Below are positions 28,655 through 38,799 of a DNA stretch of 64,000 nucleotides, in pieces. The notes beneath the pieces are model-generated. The model ran no database searches and had not been told where the DNA came from. It was given only the letters and a program-made list of their open reading frames with translations. Source of the stretch: Actinomycetota bacterium (lineage in GTDB: Bacteria; Actinomycetota; JAICYB01); assembly GCA_040905525.1 (NCBI GenBank), contig JBBDRJ010000016.1, positions 7,004 through 71,003 on the forward strand, read 5' to 3'. The position numbers were made by a program, and so were the translations under genes. Position 1 is the first letter of the stretch; each line of letters opens with the position of its first letter.

Positions 28655-28766
28655 GCTCATCGCCCCCGCGCTCGGGTCGGCGTTAGCACCTCGCTCGGCT
28701 GGCTGGCCAGCCTCACCGGTTGCCGGGGCTTCACAGGGCCGGTCCCTCCACCCCTCTTGATGAACC
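28655..28766 (-). promoter_or_regulatory. SAM-I (S-box) riboswitch
   Basis: Minus strand TTCATCAAGAG-GGGTGGAGGGACCGGCCCTGTGAAGCCCCGGCAACC...GGTGCTAACGCC...GATGAG matches the S-box core. Confidence 0.9.
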
Positions 28767-28820
28767 GCTACCCATGATTCCAGAAACACACAGTGTGGGC
28801 AATCGATGGGGCTTGTGCGC

Positions 28821-30044
28821 CTAAGTAACTGGGTCCGAGCCGCTCTGGGGCTTCGATCCACTCCCGTACGTGGATTCGGCAACGGTCTTGGCTTGTTCGC
28901 CGGCGCTCTTCGCCTCCACTTCGGAGGGAGTCGCCTGTACGTCCGGAACGAGCTCGGACTCTTCTTCGTCGGAGAAGACTTCGTGGCCCCACGGGACCCT
29001 GGTGCGCCAGAAGTGGCTCGCGATCATCTTGGCCGACGCAACCACCGGCACGGCCAGCAACATCCCGAAGAATCCGGCAAGAGTCGCGCCGGCGATCAGC
29101 GAGATCATGATCGTCACCGGATGCAATCGCACCGCCCAGCGCATGACGTTGGGCGAGATGAAATGGTTGTCGATCTGCTGGACGCCCGTCAGCGCCAAGG
29201 CCACCCAAAGGATGGTTATCGGCGGTGAAAGCGCTGCTGCGATGAGCATGGCCGGGACGGCACCGACGAAGGGCCCGATCATCGGAACGAGATTGAAGAA
29301 GCCCGCGATCATGCCCACCACTGCCCAGTACGGAAGGCCAATCAGCCACAGGGCGAGCGAAGACATGATTCCGACGACCAGCGCGACGAGGAGCTGCCCA
29401 CGGAAGAATCCGCCCATCGCCGTCCCGACCTCGGAAGCGACCTCCTTCGCCTCGTCTCTGCGGTCCGGCGGTATGAGTCGCAAGGTCGCGCGACGCAGGC
29501 GCGGCAGATCGACCAGGAGGTAGAAGCCGAGGACGACACCGATCAGGATCAATCCGGCCGTCGTTGCCGCGCCCTGAAGGAACCGACCCACGCGGCCGAG
29601 GTTGTCGGTGATCAGGTCGGTTCGGCTTCCGATCCATTCGCGCACGTTCACCGTCACGCCGAAGCGATCGTCGAGCCACACCGAAAGGTTGTGCGACACG
29701 TCGGCGAACCGGTCCCACGTTTTCGGGAAGTCCTCGGCGAACTCTTGACCTTGATCGATGAGGACAGGGATGAGCAGCACGATCCCGACAGCGACGATCG
29801 TCATGAGGGCGAGGTAGGACAGACAGCTGCCGGCCAGGCGTGGCACTCCTCGTTTCTCGAGTCGAGAAACGACCGGATTGAGGATGTAGATCGTGATCAG
29901 CGCAACCACGAGCGAAGGGAAGATCTCTTGCACCCGAGTGAGGGCCCACAGCAGCCCGCCGGCGAGGATCACCACGCCGATCGTCGACCACGCGATGATC
30001 CCCCAGCGCCGGAAGCGCTCTTCTGTCGGCGGGTGTGTGCTCAT
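28821..30044 (-). CDS. AI-2E (PerM/YhhT) family transporter
   Basis: YILNPVV, FNLVPMIGPFVG, QQIDNHFISPNVM...LHPV. Confidence 0.9.
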   Translation of the reverse strand: MSTHPPTEERFRRWGIIAWSTIGVVILAGGLLWALTRVQEIFPSLVVALITIYILNPVVSRLEKRGVPRLAGSCLSYLALMTIVAVGIVLLIPVLIDQGQEFAEDFPKTWDRFADVSHNLSVWLDDRFGVTVNVREWIGSRTDLITDNLGRVGRFLQGAATTAGLILIGVVLGFYLLVDLPRLRRATLRLIPPDRRDEAKEVASEVGTAMGGFFRGQLLVALVVGIMSSLALWLIGLPYWAVVGMIAGFFNLVPMIGPFVGAVPAMLIAAALSPPITILWVALALTGVQQIDNHFISPNVMRWAVRLHPVTIMISLIAGATLAGFFGMLLAVPVVASAKMIASHFWRTRVPWGHEVFSDEEESELVPDVQATPSEVEAKSAGEQAKTVAESTYGSGSKPQSGSDPVT

Positions 30045-30171
30045 TTGCGCCTGGCCGACTCATCGTAGTTGACTCATCCGCTGTTGACCTAGTACCCGAA
30101 ACGACGCGCAACGTTGCAGGCAGGTATAGATAGAGTCCGCATCGCCTAGACCAGGGAGTTGGAAACCGAAG

Positions 30172-31422
30172 ATGCGCATAGTCCCCGTGTGGCCGAGCCC
30201 GATCGACAACTTTCGCTCGATCGTGGCCAACGAGGTCATAAACGACCTCCAGCGCAAAGCGCTCCAGCTCGGAGGCAAGAGGGTCCTGCACATCAACTCC
30301 ACCGAATACGGGGGCGGCGTCGCCGAGGTGCTGCTCGCCCAGATCCCACTACTGGAAGACCTGGGCCTGAACGCCAATTGGGGCGTCATCGATGGCGACG
30401 AGCGCTTCTTCGAGATCACAAAGGGCATCCACAACGGTTTCCAGGGAAACAAGCAGGCGCCCTGGGACCGCGACATGCAGGAGCACTACCTCGAGACCGT
30501 CCGGTCCAACCTGGAATCGCTCCCCGGCGGCTACGACATCGCCGTCGTCCACGATCCGCAGCCCATGGCCATACCCGCGCTGCTCGGCGACAGAAGGTTC
30601 GACATCGCCAAGCATTGGATCTGGCGCTGCCACATCGACTGCGCGGATCCCCATCCGGAGATCTGGAGCTTCGTCCGGCAGTTCCTCGAGCCGTATGAAG
30701 CGATGGTCTTCACCATGAAGGAGTTCGTCCAGCCGGATGTCCCGGGAGACCGCGTTGTTGTTTCGCCCCCATCGATCGACCCCACGTCACCCAAGAACTC
30801 GCATCTCGAGCAGGTCACGGTGGCCGACATCTGCCGTCAGTACGGCATCGACCTCAAGCGTCCGGTCATCACACAGGTCTCGCGCTTCGATCCGTGGAAG
30901 GACCCACGCGGCGTGATCCGCGCCTACCAGACCGTCAAGGAGAAGATCCCCGATGTGCAGCTTCTGCTCGCCGGCTCCCTCGCTCACGATGACCCCGAAG
31001 GGCTGGTCCTTTACGACGAGCTCCTCCGCGAGAGGGGTGACGATCGGGACTTGCTGATCCTGTCCAACTTCCAGCAGGTCGGGAACACGACCATCAACTG
31101 CTTCCAGCGCGCAGCGAACGTGGTGATCCAAAAGTCGATCCGCGAAGGATTCGGCCTGACCGTGTCGGAGGCGGCTTGGAAAGGCAAGCCCGTGCTCGGA
31201 GGACGCGCCGGCGGCATCACCCTGCAGGTCGAGGACGGGCGAACCGGGTATCTGATCGATTCCGTCGAGGAGTGCGCGAGCCGCACGATCGAGCTGCTCG
31301 AAAACCCGGAGCTCGCCGAATCCATGGGGGAGGCCGGGCGCGAGCTCGTCCGAGAGAAGTTCCTCACAACGCGAGAGCTCGGCGATTGGCTGAAGCTATT
31401 TGGTGATCTGGATCAGGCTTGA
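30172..31422 (+). CDS. treT: TreT-like GT4 glycosyltransferase (trehalose synthase family)
   Basis: HINSTEYGGGVAE, VHDPQP, WRCHID, SRFDPWKD, REGFGLTVSEA. Confidence 0.75.
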   Translation: MRIVPVWPSPIDNFRSIVANEVINDLQRKALQLGGKRVLHINSTEYGGGVAEVLLAQIPLLEDLGLNANWGVIDGDERFFEITKGIHNGFQGNKQAPWDRDMQEHYLETVRSNLESLPGGYDIAVVHDPQPMAIPALLGDRRFDIAKHWIWRCHIDCADPHPEIWSFVRQFLEPYEAMVFTMKEFVQPDVPGDRVVVSPPSIDPTSPKNSHLEQVTVADICRQYGIDLKRPVITQVSRFDPWKDPRGVIRAYQTVKEKIPDVQLLLAGSLAHDDPEGLVLYDELLRERGDDRDLLILSNFQQVGNTTINCFQRAANVVIQKSIREGFGLTVSEAAWKGKPVLGGRAGGITLQVEDGRTGYLIDSVEECASRTIELLENPELAESMGEAGRELVREKFLTTRELGDWLKLFGDLDQA

Positions 31423-31452
31423 TCGCAAGGGGCATGTACGGCGCTGCCTGAG

Positions 31453-32844
31453 TTGATCGTCTGCTCGAATCGTGGTCCTTTCGCATACGAGCGCTCGGAC
31501 GGGGCCCTCGTCTCCAGACGCGGAGGCGGAGGGCTCATAGCGGCCATCTATCCCGTGCTGGAAGCCGCGGGGGGAACGTGGATCGCAGCCGCGCTCAGCG
31601 ACACCGACCGCGAGGTCGCGCGCATGGCGCCCGAGGGACGCGAAGAGCAGCACTTCCGGGCGCTCCTCCTCGACCTGCCTCAGGAAGTCCACGCCGCGCA
31701 CTACGAGATCGTTTCGAACGAGTACCTGTGGTTCCTGTTCCATTACCTGTTCGAGGAGACGGGCGAACCGGCATTCGACTCCACCTTCGCGCGGGCCTGG
31801 GAAGCCTACGCAGAGGTCAATCGACGCTTCGCCGTTGCCGCTGCGCAGACGCGGGCCGACGCCGTGCTGATCGACGACTACCACCTTCTGCTCGCCGGAC
31901 GCATGCTCCGCGACGAGAAGGATGAGCGGCCGCTCAGCTACTTCCACCACACCCCGTGGTGTGACGCCGACTACTTCTCGCACTTCCCGGAGCCACTCAC
32001 GGTCGAGATCCTCAGCTCGATGCTCGCCTACGACGCCGTTGGTTTTCACGCGCAGCGCTGGGCGGACGCTTTTCTCGCGAGCTGCCGGCGGTGGATACCC
32101 GGCACCCGAGTCACGCAAGATCGCGTCGAGCACGACGGCCGGTCGATCTCCATCTTCGTCGCACCGGTGCCCCTTGACGTTGCCAGGCTGGAAACCGACC
32201 TGGCGGATCCCCGGACCAAGTCTTGGGTCGAGGAGCACGAACGCGTCCGCGGCGATCGCAGCCTGGTCGTCCGAGTGGATCGGACGGACCTCTCGAAGAA
32301 TCCGCTCCGAGGGTTCCTCGCCTACGAGCAGTTGCTCGAACGACGTGACGACCTCGCTTCGAAGGTGCATTTCCTGGCGCAGATGTACCCGTCGCGCCAA
32401 AGCGTCGCCGTCTATAGGCAGTACTTCGAGGAATGCCGCGTGGTGGCGGACAGGATCGCCGAGAGGTTCCCGGACACCATCGAGCTTCACACCGAGGACG
32501 ACTTCTACAAATCGCTGGCCGCGCTCGAGCTGTTCGACGTCCTCTTGGTGAACCCGGTGATCGACGGACTGAACCTCGTGGCCAAGGAAGGTGCGGTGGC
32601 AAATCGCCGGGCCGGATCGATCGTCCTGTCCCGCAATGCGGGCGTGTACGAACAGATGGGCCCGGCCACGATCGGGATCGACCCCTTCGACGTCGCCGGC
32701 ACTTCGGAAGCCATCGAGCAGGCGCTGGAGTTGCCGGACGCCGAGCGCTTCCAGATAAGAGACTTGCTGCGCCACTTGGCCACGCAGTCGTCCCCAAGAG
32801 AATGGGTGGCCAAACGGCTGGCGGCCGCGGGGTTAGCGACTTAG
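31453..32844 (+). CDS. otsA: Trehalose-6-phosphate synthase
   Basis: SNRGP, GGGGL, DYHL, HHTPW, DRTDLSKN, DGLNLVAKE. The true start may be CTG 31444. Confidence 0.88.
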   Translation: MIVCSNRGPFAYERSDGALVSRRGGGGLIAAIYPVLEAAGGTWIAAALSDTDREVARMAPEGREEQHFRALLLDLPQEVHAAHYEIVSNEYLWFLFHYLFEETGEPAFDSTFARAWEAYAEVNRRFAVAAAQTRADAVLIDDYHLLLAGRMLRDEKDERPLSYFHHTPWCDADYFSHFPEPLTVEILSSMLAYDAVGFHAQRWADAFLASCRRWIPGTRVTQDRVEHDGRSISIFVAPVPLDVARLETDLADPRTKSWVEEHERVRGDRSLVVRVDRTDLSKNPLRGFLAYEQLLERRDDLASKVHFLAQMYPSRQSVAVYRQYFEECRVVADRIAERFPDTIELHTEDDFYKSLAALELFDVLLVNPVIDGLNLVAKEGAVANRRAGSIVLSRNAGVYEQMGPATIGIDPFDVAGTSEAIEQALELPDAERFQIRDLLRHLATQSSPREWVAKRLAAAGLAT

Positions 32845-34104
32845 AGCGTCGAACGCTGCGGCGGCAGCCTTCACGGTCAGATCGATCTCCCGTTCGCCGT
32901 GGGCGAGGGACGGGAACCACGCCTCGAACGGTGAAGGTGCGATGAGCACTCCGGCGTCGCGCATGCGGCGATGGAAATCGGCGAAGGCGTCCCGGTCCGA
33001 AGAATGCGATCCCTCGAAGTCCCGTGGAGCTTCAGCGGAGAAGAACACCGAAAGGAAAGTCCCGGCCCGCACGATGCTCGCCGCGGCTCCGGCGTTCTTG
33101 GCCGCCGAGCTCAGCCCGTCGGCCAGCCTCGCCGCGGTGCCTTCGAGAGTGGCGTAGTCGTCGGCGGTCAGGGCATCGAGCACCGCGACCCCGGCGGCCA
33201 TGGCGTGCGGATGAGCCGCGTATGTTCCCGCTTGATAAACGGGTCCAACGGGTGCGAGAAGATCCATCAGTTCGGCACGGCCGGCGACGGCGCCCACCGG
33301 CAACCCGCCGCCGAGCACCTTGCCGAGCATGGTCAGGTCGGGCCGGAGGGCGAACACCTCCTGAGCGCCACCCTGGGCGAGTCGGAAACCGGTAACGACC
33401 TCGTCGAAGACGCTCACGGCGCCGTGCACACCACAGGTATTGAGGATGGTGTCGAGGAATCCCGGTTCGGGAGTGATGACTCCCATGTTGGCCGCGACCG
33501 GTTCGACGAAGACCGCCGCGATCTCATCGCCTCGTTCTTCGAAAAACTTCTCAATCTGTGCAGTGTCGTTGAACGGCAGGACTACGGTGTCCTCGATGCT
33601 CGCGTGTGGGACACCGGCGGCCATCGGGATCGAGAGGGTTGCGACTCCCGAGCCGGCTCTGGCGAGGAACGCGTCGGAGTGGCCGTGGTAGCAGCCCTCG
33701 AACTTCACGATCAGGTTGCGTGACGTGGCCGCTCGCGCGATGCGCGCGGCCGTCATCGACGCCTCGGTTCCCGATGTCACGAAGCGAACCCGTTCCGCGG
33801 TCGGAACGCGCTCCACGACCAGCTCGGCCAGTCGGATCTCGGCTTCCGTGCTCAAGCCCACCGCGCCGCCACGTGTGGCCGCCGTAGCGACCGCTTCGGC
33901 TACGCGGGGATCGGCGTGTCCGAGGATCACCGCGCCGAATCCCTGGATGTAGTCGATGTAACGCTTCTCGTCGGCGTCGACGAGATAGGCGCCTTCGCCG
34001 TGGTCGGCGAACATCGGATCCCCGCCGACGGCGCCGAAAGCCCGGGCGGGCGAGGAAACACCGCCGGGGATCAGGGATCGAGCTCGCTGGTGCCGGTCGC
34101 TCAT
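32833..34104 (-). CDS. hemL: Glutamate-1-semialdehyde 2,1-aminomutase
   Basis: [45 protein letters not shown]; start at ATG 34104. Confidence 0.95.
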   Translation of the reverse strand: MSDRHQRARSLIPGGVSSPARAFGAVGGDPMFADHGEGAYLVDADEKRYIDYIQGFGAVILGHADPRVAEAVATAATRGGAVGLSTEAEIRLAELVVERVPTAERVRFVTSGTEASMTAARIARAATSRNLIVKFEGCYHGHSDAFLARAGSGVATLSIPMAAGVPHASIEDTVVLPFNDTAQIEKFFEERGDEIAAVFVEPVAANMGVITPEPGFLDTILNTCGVHGAVSVFDEVVTGFRLAQGGAQEVFALRPDLTMLGKVLGGGLPVGAVAGRAELMDLLAPVGPVYQAGTYAAHPHAMAAGVAVLDALTADDYATLEGTAARLADGLSSAAKNAGAAASIVRAGTFLSVFFSAEAPRDFEGSHSSDRDAFADFHRRMRDAGVLIAPSPFEAWFPSLAHGEREIDLTVKAAAAAFDALSR

Positions 34105-35078
34105 CCGGCCAGGCGCTCGGCGAGCTCCTTCGCAAAGTACGTGATCACGAGATCGGCCCCCGCGCGACGTATGGCGGTCAGGTGCTCGGTCGCAACGCGC
34201 TCGCCGTCGATCCATCCCCGCTCGGCCGCCGCTTTCACCATCGCGTACTCGCCGGACACGTTGTAGGCGGCTACAGGGACCGGCGAGATCTCGGAGACGG
34301 CGCGGATCACGTCGAGGTAGGCCAGCGCCGGCTTCACCATCACCACGTCGGCGCCTTCATCGATGTCGAGCACGGCTTCGCGCTGCGCTTCTCGAACGTT
34401 GGACGAGTCCATCTGGTATCCGGCTCGATCGCCGGATTGCGGCGCGCACTCGGCCGCTTCGCGGAAAGGTCCGTAGTGGGCCGACGCGTACTTCGCGGCG
34501 TAGGCCATGATCGCCGTGTCTTGATGTCCGGCGGCGTCGAGGGCGTCACGGATGGCGGCAACCTGTCCGTCCATCATTCCGGACGGTGCCACCAGATCGA
34601 TGCCGGCCTCGGCCTGCGCGACCGCGGTGCGCGCGTAGAGCTCGAGCGTTGCGTCGTTGCGAACCGATCCATCCTCCAGTACGCCGCAATGTCCGTGGTC
34701 TGTGTACTCGCACAGACAGAGATCGCCGATGAGGACGGCTTCGTCGCCGAGCTCGTCGCGAAGGGCACGAAGACCGACCTGAGAGATGCCGCCGGCGTCG
34801 TAGGCGGCCGAGCCAACCGCATCCTTCTTGGCCGGGATCCCGAAGAGCAGGAAGGCCCGCACGCCGCGCGAGGAGATCTCCCTCGCCTCCTTTACCAACG
34901 ACTCGATCGTGTGCTGGGCGTGGCCGGGCATCGAAGAGATCGGCTCGGGGTCGCTTAGCCCCTCCTTGACGAAGAGCGGTGCGATCAAGTGCCGGGGCAA
35001 TACGTCGGTTTCGCGCGCAAGCTCGCGCAGCGCAGGAGTGCGTCGCAACCGCCGGGGGCGCTGGATGGGAAACGGCAT
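34101..35078 (-). CDS. hemB: Porphobilinogen synthase
   Basis: [45 protein letters not shown]. Confidence 0.97.
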   Translation of the reverse strand: MPFPIQRPRRLRRTPALRELARETDVLPRHLIAPLFVKEGLSDPEPISSMPGHAQHTIESLVKEAREISSRGVRAFLLFGIPAKKDAVGSAAYDAGGISQVGLRALRDELGDEAVLIGDLCLCEYTDHGHCGVLEDGSVRNDATLELYARTAVAQAEAGIDLVAPSGMMDGQVAAIRDALDAAGHQDTAIMAYAAKYASAHYGPFREAAECAPQSGDRAGYQMDSSNVREAQREAVLDIDEGADVVMVKPALAYLDVIRAVSEISPVPVAAYNVSGEYAMVKAAAERGWIDGERVATEHLTAIRRAGADLVITYFAKELAERLAG

Positions 35079-35085
35079 CGGGTGT

Positions 35086-36645
35086 CTAGCGTCCCACAGC
35101 AGAGATGAGCGCGTTGACCAGACCGTCGATCGTGTGCTCATCGGCCGTTGCGTCGACGTGGACGCCCGCTTCACGGGCGGCCTGCTCGGTGCGGGGGCCG
35201 ATGCAGCAAACGATCGTGGACGCCGGGGGCTGACCCCAGAGCTCTACGAAATTGCTCGCGGTGCTGGCCGAGGTGAAGACAACGGCATCGACGCCGGCGT
35301 CCAGGGCTTCGCGTCCGGTCGACACGCTCGAGTCGTCGACCTCGGTTCGGTAGGCCGGCACGACGATGCAGCCCCAACCTTGCGCGCCCAATCGCGCGTG
35401 CAGATCGTCGGGTGCGTTCTCCGCCTGCGGCAACAGAACAACCGAGCTGCCGGTCGCATCGCCCATGGCTTGGGCTAGAGCCTCGGAGGTGAACGTCTCC
35501 GGGACGAGGTTCGCCTCGATGCCGTGGGCACGCAACGCATCGGCCGTCGACGGACCGACGGCCGCGATCCTGTTGGGGGCCAGAGCGCGAGCATCCTTTC
35601 GTTGCCTATCCAAACGCGCGAAGACCGCGTCGACGGTGTTCGTGCTCGTAAAGATGATCCATCCGAAGCTGGACAGACCGGCCAGCGCCGTGTCGAGGGG
35701 CTCGAAGCTGGAGGGCTCGACGATCTTGATCGCCGGGAACTCGAGGGCGTCGGCTCCCAGCTCGCGAAGGCGTGCGGACAAGTGTCCGGCCTGAGATCGC
35801 GTTCGCGTTACGAACACGCGCTTACCGAACAAGGGCTTCCGGCTGATCCAATCGATCCGGTCGTTGAGCGTGACGACGTCGCCAACGATCAGCACGGCCG
35901 GTGGTCCGATCTCGGCGCTCTCCACCGCGTCGGCGATCTTCTCGAGCGTCGAGCGCACAACGCGTTGCTGCGGCCACGTGGCCCACGACACGACCGCCGC
36001 TGGTGTGTCCGGCGAGCGTCCGGCCGTTTGTAGCTCGCCGGCGATCTCGCCCAGACGCTGGGTCCCCATCAGGAACACGGCCGTGGGAGCGCGCGCGAGC
36101 GCTTCCCAGTCGAGGGCCGATGAATCCTTGGTGGGATCCCCGGATCCGCCGTCAGGCGGCCCCTCAGATAGGTGACCGGTGGCGATCGCCGCCCACGACG
36201 CGTGATCGCGGTGGGTCAGCGGGATGCCGGCGTAAGCCGGCCCGGCTACGGCCGAGGTCACTCCGGGGACGATCTCGAACGGGACACCGGCGCCGGCTAG
36301 AAGCTCCGCCTCTTCACCACCGCGCCCGAAAACGAAGGGATCGCCGCCCTTGAGACGCACAACGATCTTCCCCGCGCGCGCTTCGTCGATGAGCAACTGG
36401 TTGATGCGCGCCTGACCCTCGGCGCTGGATCCCGGCTGCTTGCCGACATCGACGAGCTCAGCGTTCGCCGCGAGCTTCAGGAGATCGGGATGGACGAGCC
36501 GGTCGTAGGCGACGAGGTCGGCCCGCGCGAGCAACTCGGCTCCCCGGAGCGTGATGAGCCCAGGGTCCCCGGGTCCGGCGCCCACCAGGTAAACGATTCC
36601 CCGGCTCTCAGGATGGCGCGTAGCGCCCCCCTCTAAGGAACCCAA
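35086..36645 (-). CDS. cobA-hemD: Fused uroporphyrinogen-III C-methyltransferase/uroporphyrinogen-III synthase
   Basis: [27 protein letters not shown], then VTRTRSQA...FTSAST...CIGPRT. Start approximate. Confidence 0.92.
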   Translation of the reverse strand: MGSLEGGATRHPESRGIVYLVGAGPGDPGLITLRGAELLARADLVAYDRLVHPDLLKLAANAELVDVGKQPGSSAEGQARINQLLIDEARAGKIVVRLKGGDPFVFGRGGEEAELLAGAGVPFEIVPGVTSAVAGPAYAGIPLTHRDHASWAAIATGHLSEGPPDGGSGDPTKDSSALDWEALARAPTAVFLMGTQRLGEIAGELQTAGRSPDTPAAVVSWATWPQQRVVRSTLEKIADAVESAEIGPPAVLIVGDVVTLNDRIDWISRKPLFGKRVFVTRTRSQAGHLSARLRELGADALEFPAIKIVEPSSFEPLDTALAGLSSFGWIIFTSTNTVDAVFARLDRQRKDARALAPNRIAAVGPSTADALRAHGIEANLVPETFTSEALAQAMGDATGSSVVLLPQAENAPDDLHARLGAQGWGCIVVPAYRTEVDDSSVSTGREALDAGVDAVVFTSASTASNFVELWGQPPASTIVCCIGPRTEQAAREAGVHVDATADEHTIDGLVNALISAVGR

Positions 36646-37823
36646 GCGAGCCCGCAGCCGACGACGTTGGTGCGTACCTGACTAACGCGGCCGCCGCTGG
36701 CTTCGGCGGCGTACAGGAGTCCGTCGCCAACAGCTACGTAGACCCACCTTCCGTTCTCGTCCCACGTGGGCACCGGCGGGCAATCGTGATAACGGGCGTC
36801 CAGCGGTTTCAGCGCGACGTTGCCGCGAAGGTTCGATATGGCGAGCGTGAGCTCGCCGTCGGAGCGAAGCACCATCGCCACGCGAGCGCCGGAGGGCTCG
36901 TAGCTCGCGCCGACGACGTCGGTGGAGTCCACGTGAACGCGTTCGAGAGAACGCCCGTTCCAGAACGCCGGTCCGTCGTTGTCGACGAAGGCTTGCTTGC
37001 CGTCGGGTGACACAGAGAGCACGCGTCCCGACGGCGGATGTCTGAGCCCGCGGCCCCGGAGGGCTTGTGATCCGTTGCGGATGAGTCCGTCGCTCATCAC
37101 GACGGCTCCGTCCGGCGTCTGCCACAGCCGGTCGGCTCGACCCGCGGCCTCCGAGCGCAAAGAGTCCCCGTCGATGATCCATCTCGTCAACGAACGATCG
37201 CGATGGCGGACCAAGAGCTCGTTGGACGAGACCCACGCCGCCTCCGAGCCCGAGACCCAACCGTGCGGCGCCGCGCCTTGAGCAGCGAAGGCGACGTGGG
37301 AATCGCGCTCGTCTCCCGCTATGAGCGCGACGTTGCGGCCGAGCGTGACCATCTTGGTCTGGACCTCACCCAGCGAAACGGGAGCCGAAAGCCGGAGCCG
37401 CGGAACGACATCGCCGTTGGCGAGATCCTGCGCGGCCACCGTGGCCAGCGCATCCCGCGACCACAAGGCGTAGACGGCCGAGCCTTCGACGCCCGGCAGA
37501 GCCAACGGCTCCACGTTGGGCAGCGCGCGGACCGTGGGCCCGGCCGGCGGATCGACGGTAGCGAGTCTCCCGAGCAGGAATCCGACCGCGAACACCAGCA
37601 TGAAGACGGCAAGACCCAGGACCCGAGGCGAGGGTCCCGTCGGTCCGGACAAACGCTGGAGCGCGCGCCGGTAGCGGCGCGAGACCTTCAGACCTCGCAA
37701 CGCGGGGACCGTCTCGATCGTGTCGGCCATGCTCTCCGTCTCGCGCTGGACCAGGCGAGCGCTGCAACGCGGACACGCGGGCCCCTCGGGGAAGGTCTCA
37801 TCACACCGGGGGCACCAGGGCAT
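36633..37823 (-). CDS. Hypothetical membrane protein: N-terminal CxxC/CxxC zinc ribbon, single TM helix, beta-propeller-like C-terminus
   Basis: MPWCPRCDE...ACPRCS; hydrophobic LGLAVFMLVFAVGFLLG; repeats such as SVSPDGKQA, SYEPSGARVA, TWDENGRWVY. Confidence 0.6.
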   Translation of the reverse strand: MPWCPRCDETFPEGPACPRCSARLVQRETESMADTIETVPALRGLKVSRRYRRALQRLSGPTGPSPRVLGLAVFMLVFAVGFLLGRLATVDPPAGPTVRALPNVEPLALPGVEGSAVYALWSRDALATVAAQDLANGDVVPRLRLSAPVSLGEVQTKMVTLGRNVALIAGDERDSHVAFAAQGAAPHGWVSGSEAAWVSSNELLVRHRDRSLTRWIIDGDSLRSEAAGRADRLWQTPDGAVVMSDGLIRNGSQALRGRGLRHPPSGRVLSVSPDGKQAFVDNDGPAFWNGRSLERVHVDSTDVVGASYEPSGARVAMVLRSDGELTLAISNLRGNVALKPLDARYHDCPPVPTWDENGRWVYVAVGDGLLYAAEASGGRVSQVRTNVVGCGLAWVP

Positions 37824-37869
37824 GGGGCACCAGCGTACCGCCCGCCCGCCGCGATAAAGCCGGCTCGAT

Positions 37870-38799
37870 TCAGCGCCGGGCCGTGAGCTCGCCGGCGCCC
37901 GCTTCGAGGAAGCGGCGGGCGAGATCGGTTCCGACCAGTTGAGGGTTGCGGCCACGGGCCGCGTCGCGGATGTGCTTGGTCCCGTCCGACGACGACAAGA
38001 ACCCCTCGCAAACCACCTCGTCTCCGTCGATGCGCGCCCACGCTCCGAGCGGAACCTCGCATCCGCCTTCTACGCCGCGCATGAACGCGCGCTCGGCATC
38101 GATACAGATGCGCGTTGGTGAGTGGTCGGTTTCACCGACCCAGGCCAGGTCATCGGCCGCGCGATCCGTGCGCGCCTCGATCGCGAGCGTCCCTTGTCCC
38201 GGTGCAGGAACGAACTGCATGGGGTCGAGCCATTCCGTGATCTCGTCGGTTCTCGACAGTCGAACCAGACCAGCTCCCGCGAGCACACCGGCATCCATCT
38301 CGCCGTTGCGGATCTTCTCCAGTCGCGTATCGACGTTGCCTCGCAGCGGCACCGTTCGCAGGTCGGGACGCGCGATCCCCAGGAGAGCGCGACGGCGCGA
38401 GGACGACGTCCCGATCACCGCATCCGGTGCGAGGTCGGCAAGCAACGCACCACGGCGCGAGACGAGAACATCGCGGGCGTCTTCGCGTTCCAGGACGGCG
38501 GCGATCACCAGGCCCTCGGGTTCGTCGGACGGAAGGTCCTTCAAGGAGTGCACGGCCACGTCGATCTCGTCGTCGAGCAACGCGCGCTCGATCTCCTTGG
38601 CGAAAACGCCCTTGGGGCCGATGGCCTCGAACGGACGGTCGGTGATCTCGTCGCCGCGCGTCGTGATGCGGACTACCTCGACTTCGAGCTCGATCCCGCG
38701 ATCGCGCGCAGCGCTGCGCAGGGCTTCAGCCGCGAGTCCGGTCTGCGTCAGCGCAAGTGCGCTCCCTCGGGTGCCGACCCGGAGGACGCTACTTGGCAT
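37870..38799 (-). CDS. hemC: Hydroxymethylbilane synthase
   Basis: GTRGSALALTQ, AVHSLKDLP, GTSSSRR, LRGNVDTRL, EGGCEVPLG. Confidence 0.97.
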   Translation of the reverse strand: MPSSVLRVGTRGSALALTQTGLAAEALRSAARDRGIELEVEVVRITTRGDEITDRPFEAIGPKGVFAKEIERALLDDEIDVAVHSLKDLPSDEPEGLVIAAVLEREDARDVLVSRRGALLADLAPDAVIGTSSSRRRALLGIARPDLRTVPLRGNVDTRLEKIRNGEMDAGVLAGAGLVRLSRTDEITEWLDPMQFVPAPGQGTLAIEARTDRAADDLAWVGETDHSPTRICIDAERAFMRGVEGGCEVPLGAWARIDGDEVVCEGFLSSSDGTKHIRDAARGRNPQLVGTDLARRFLEAGAGELTARR

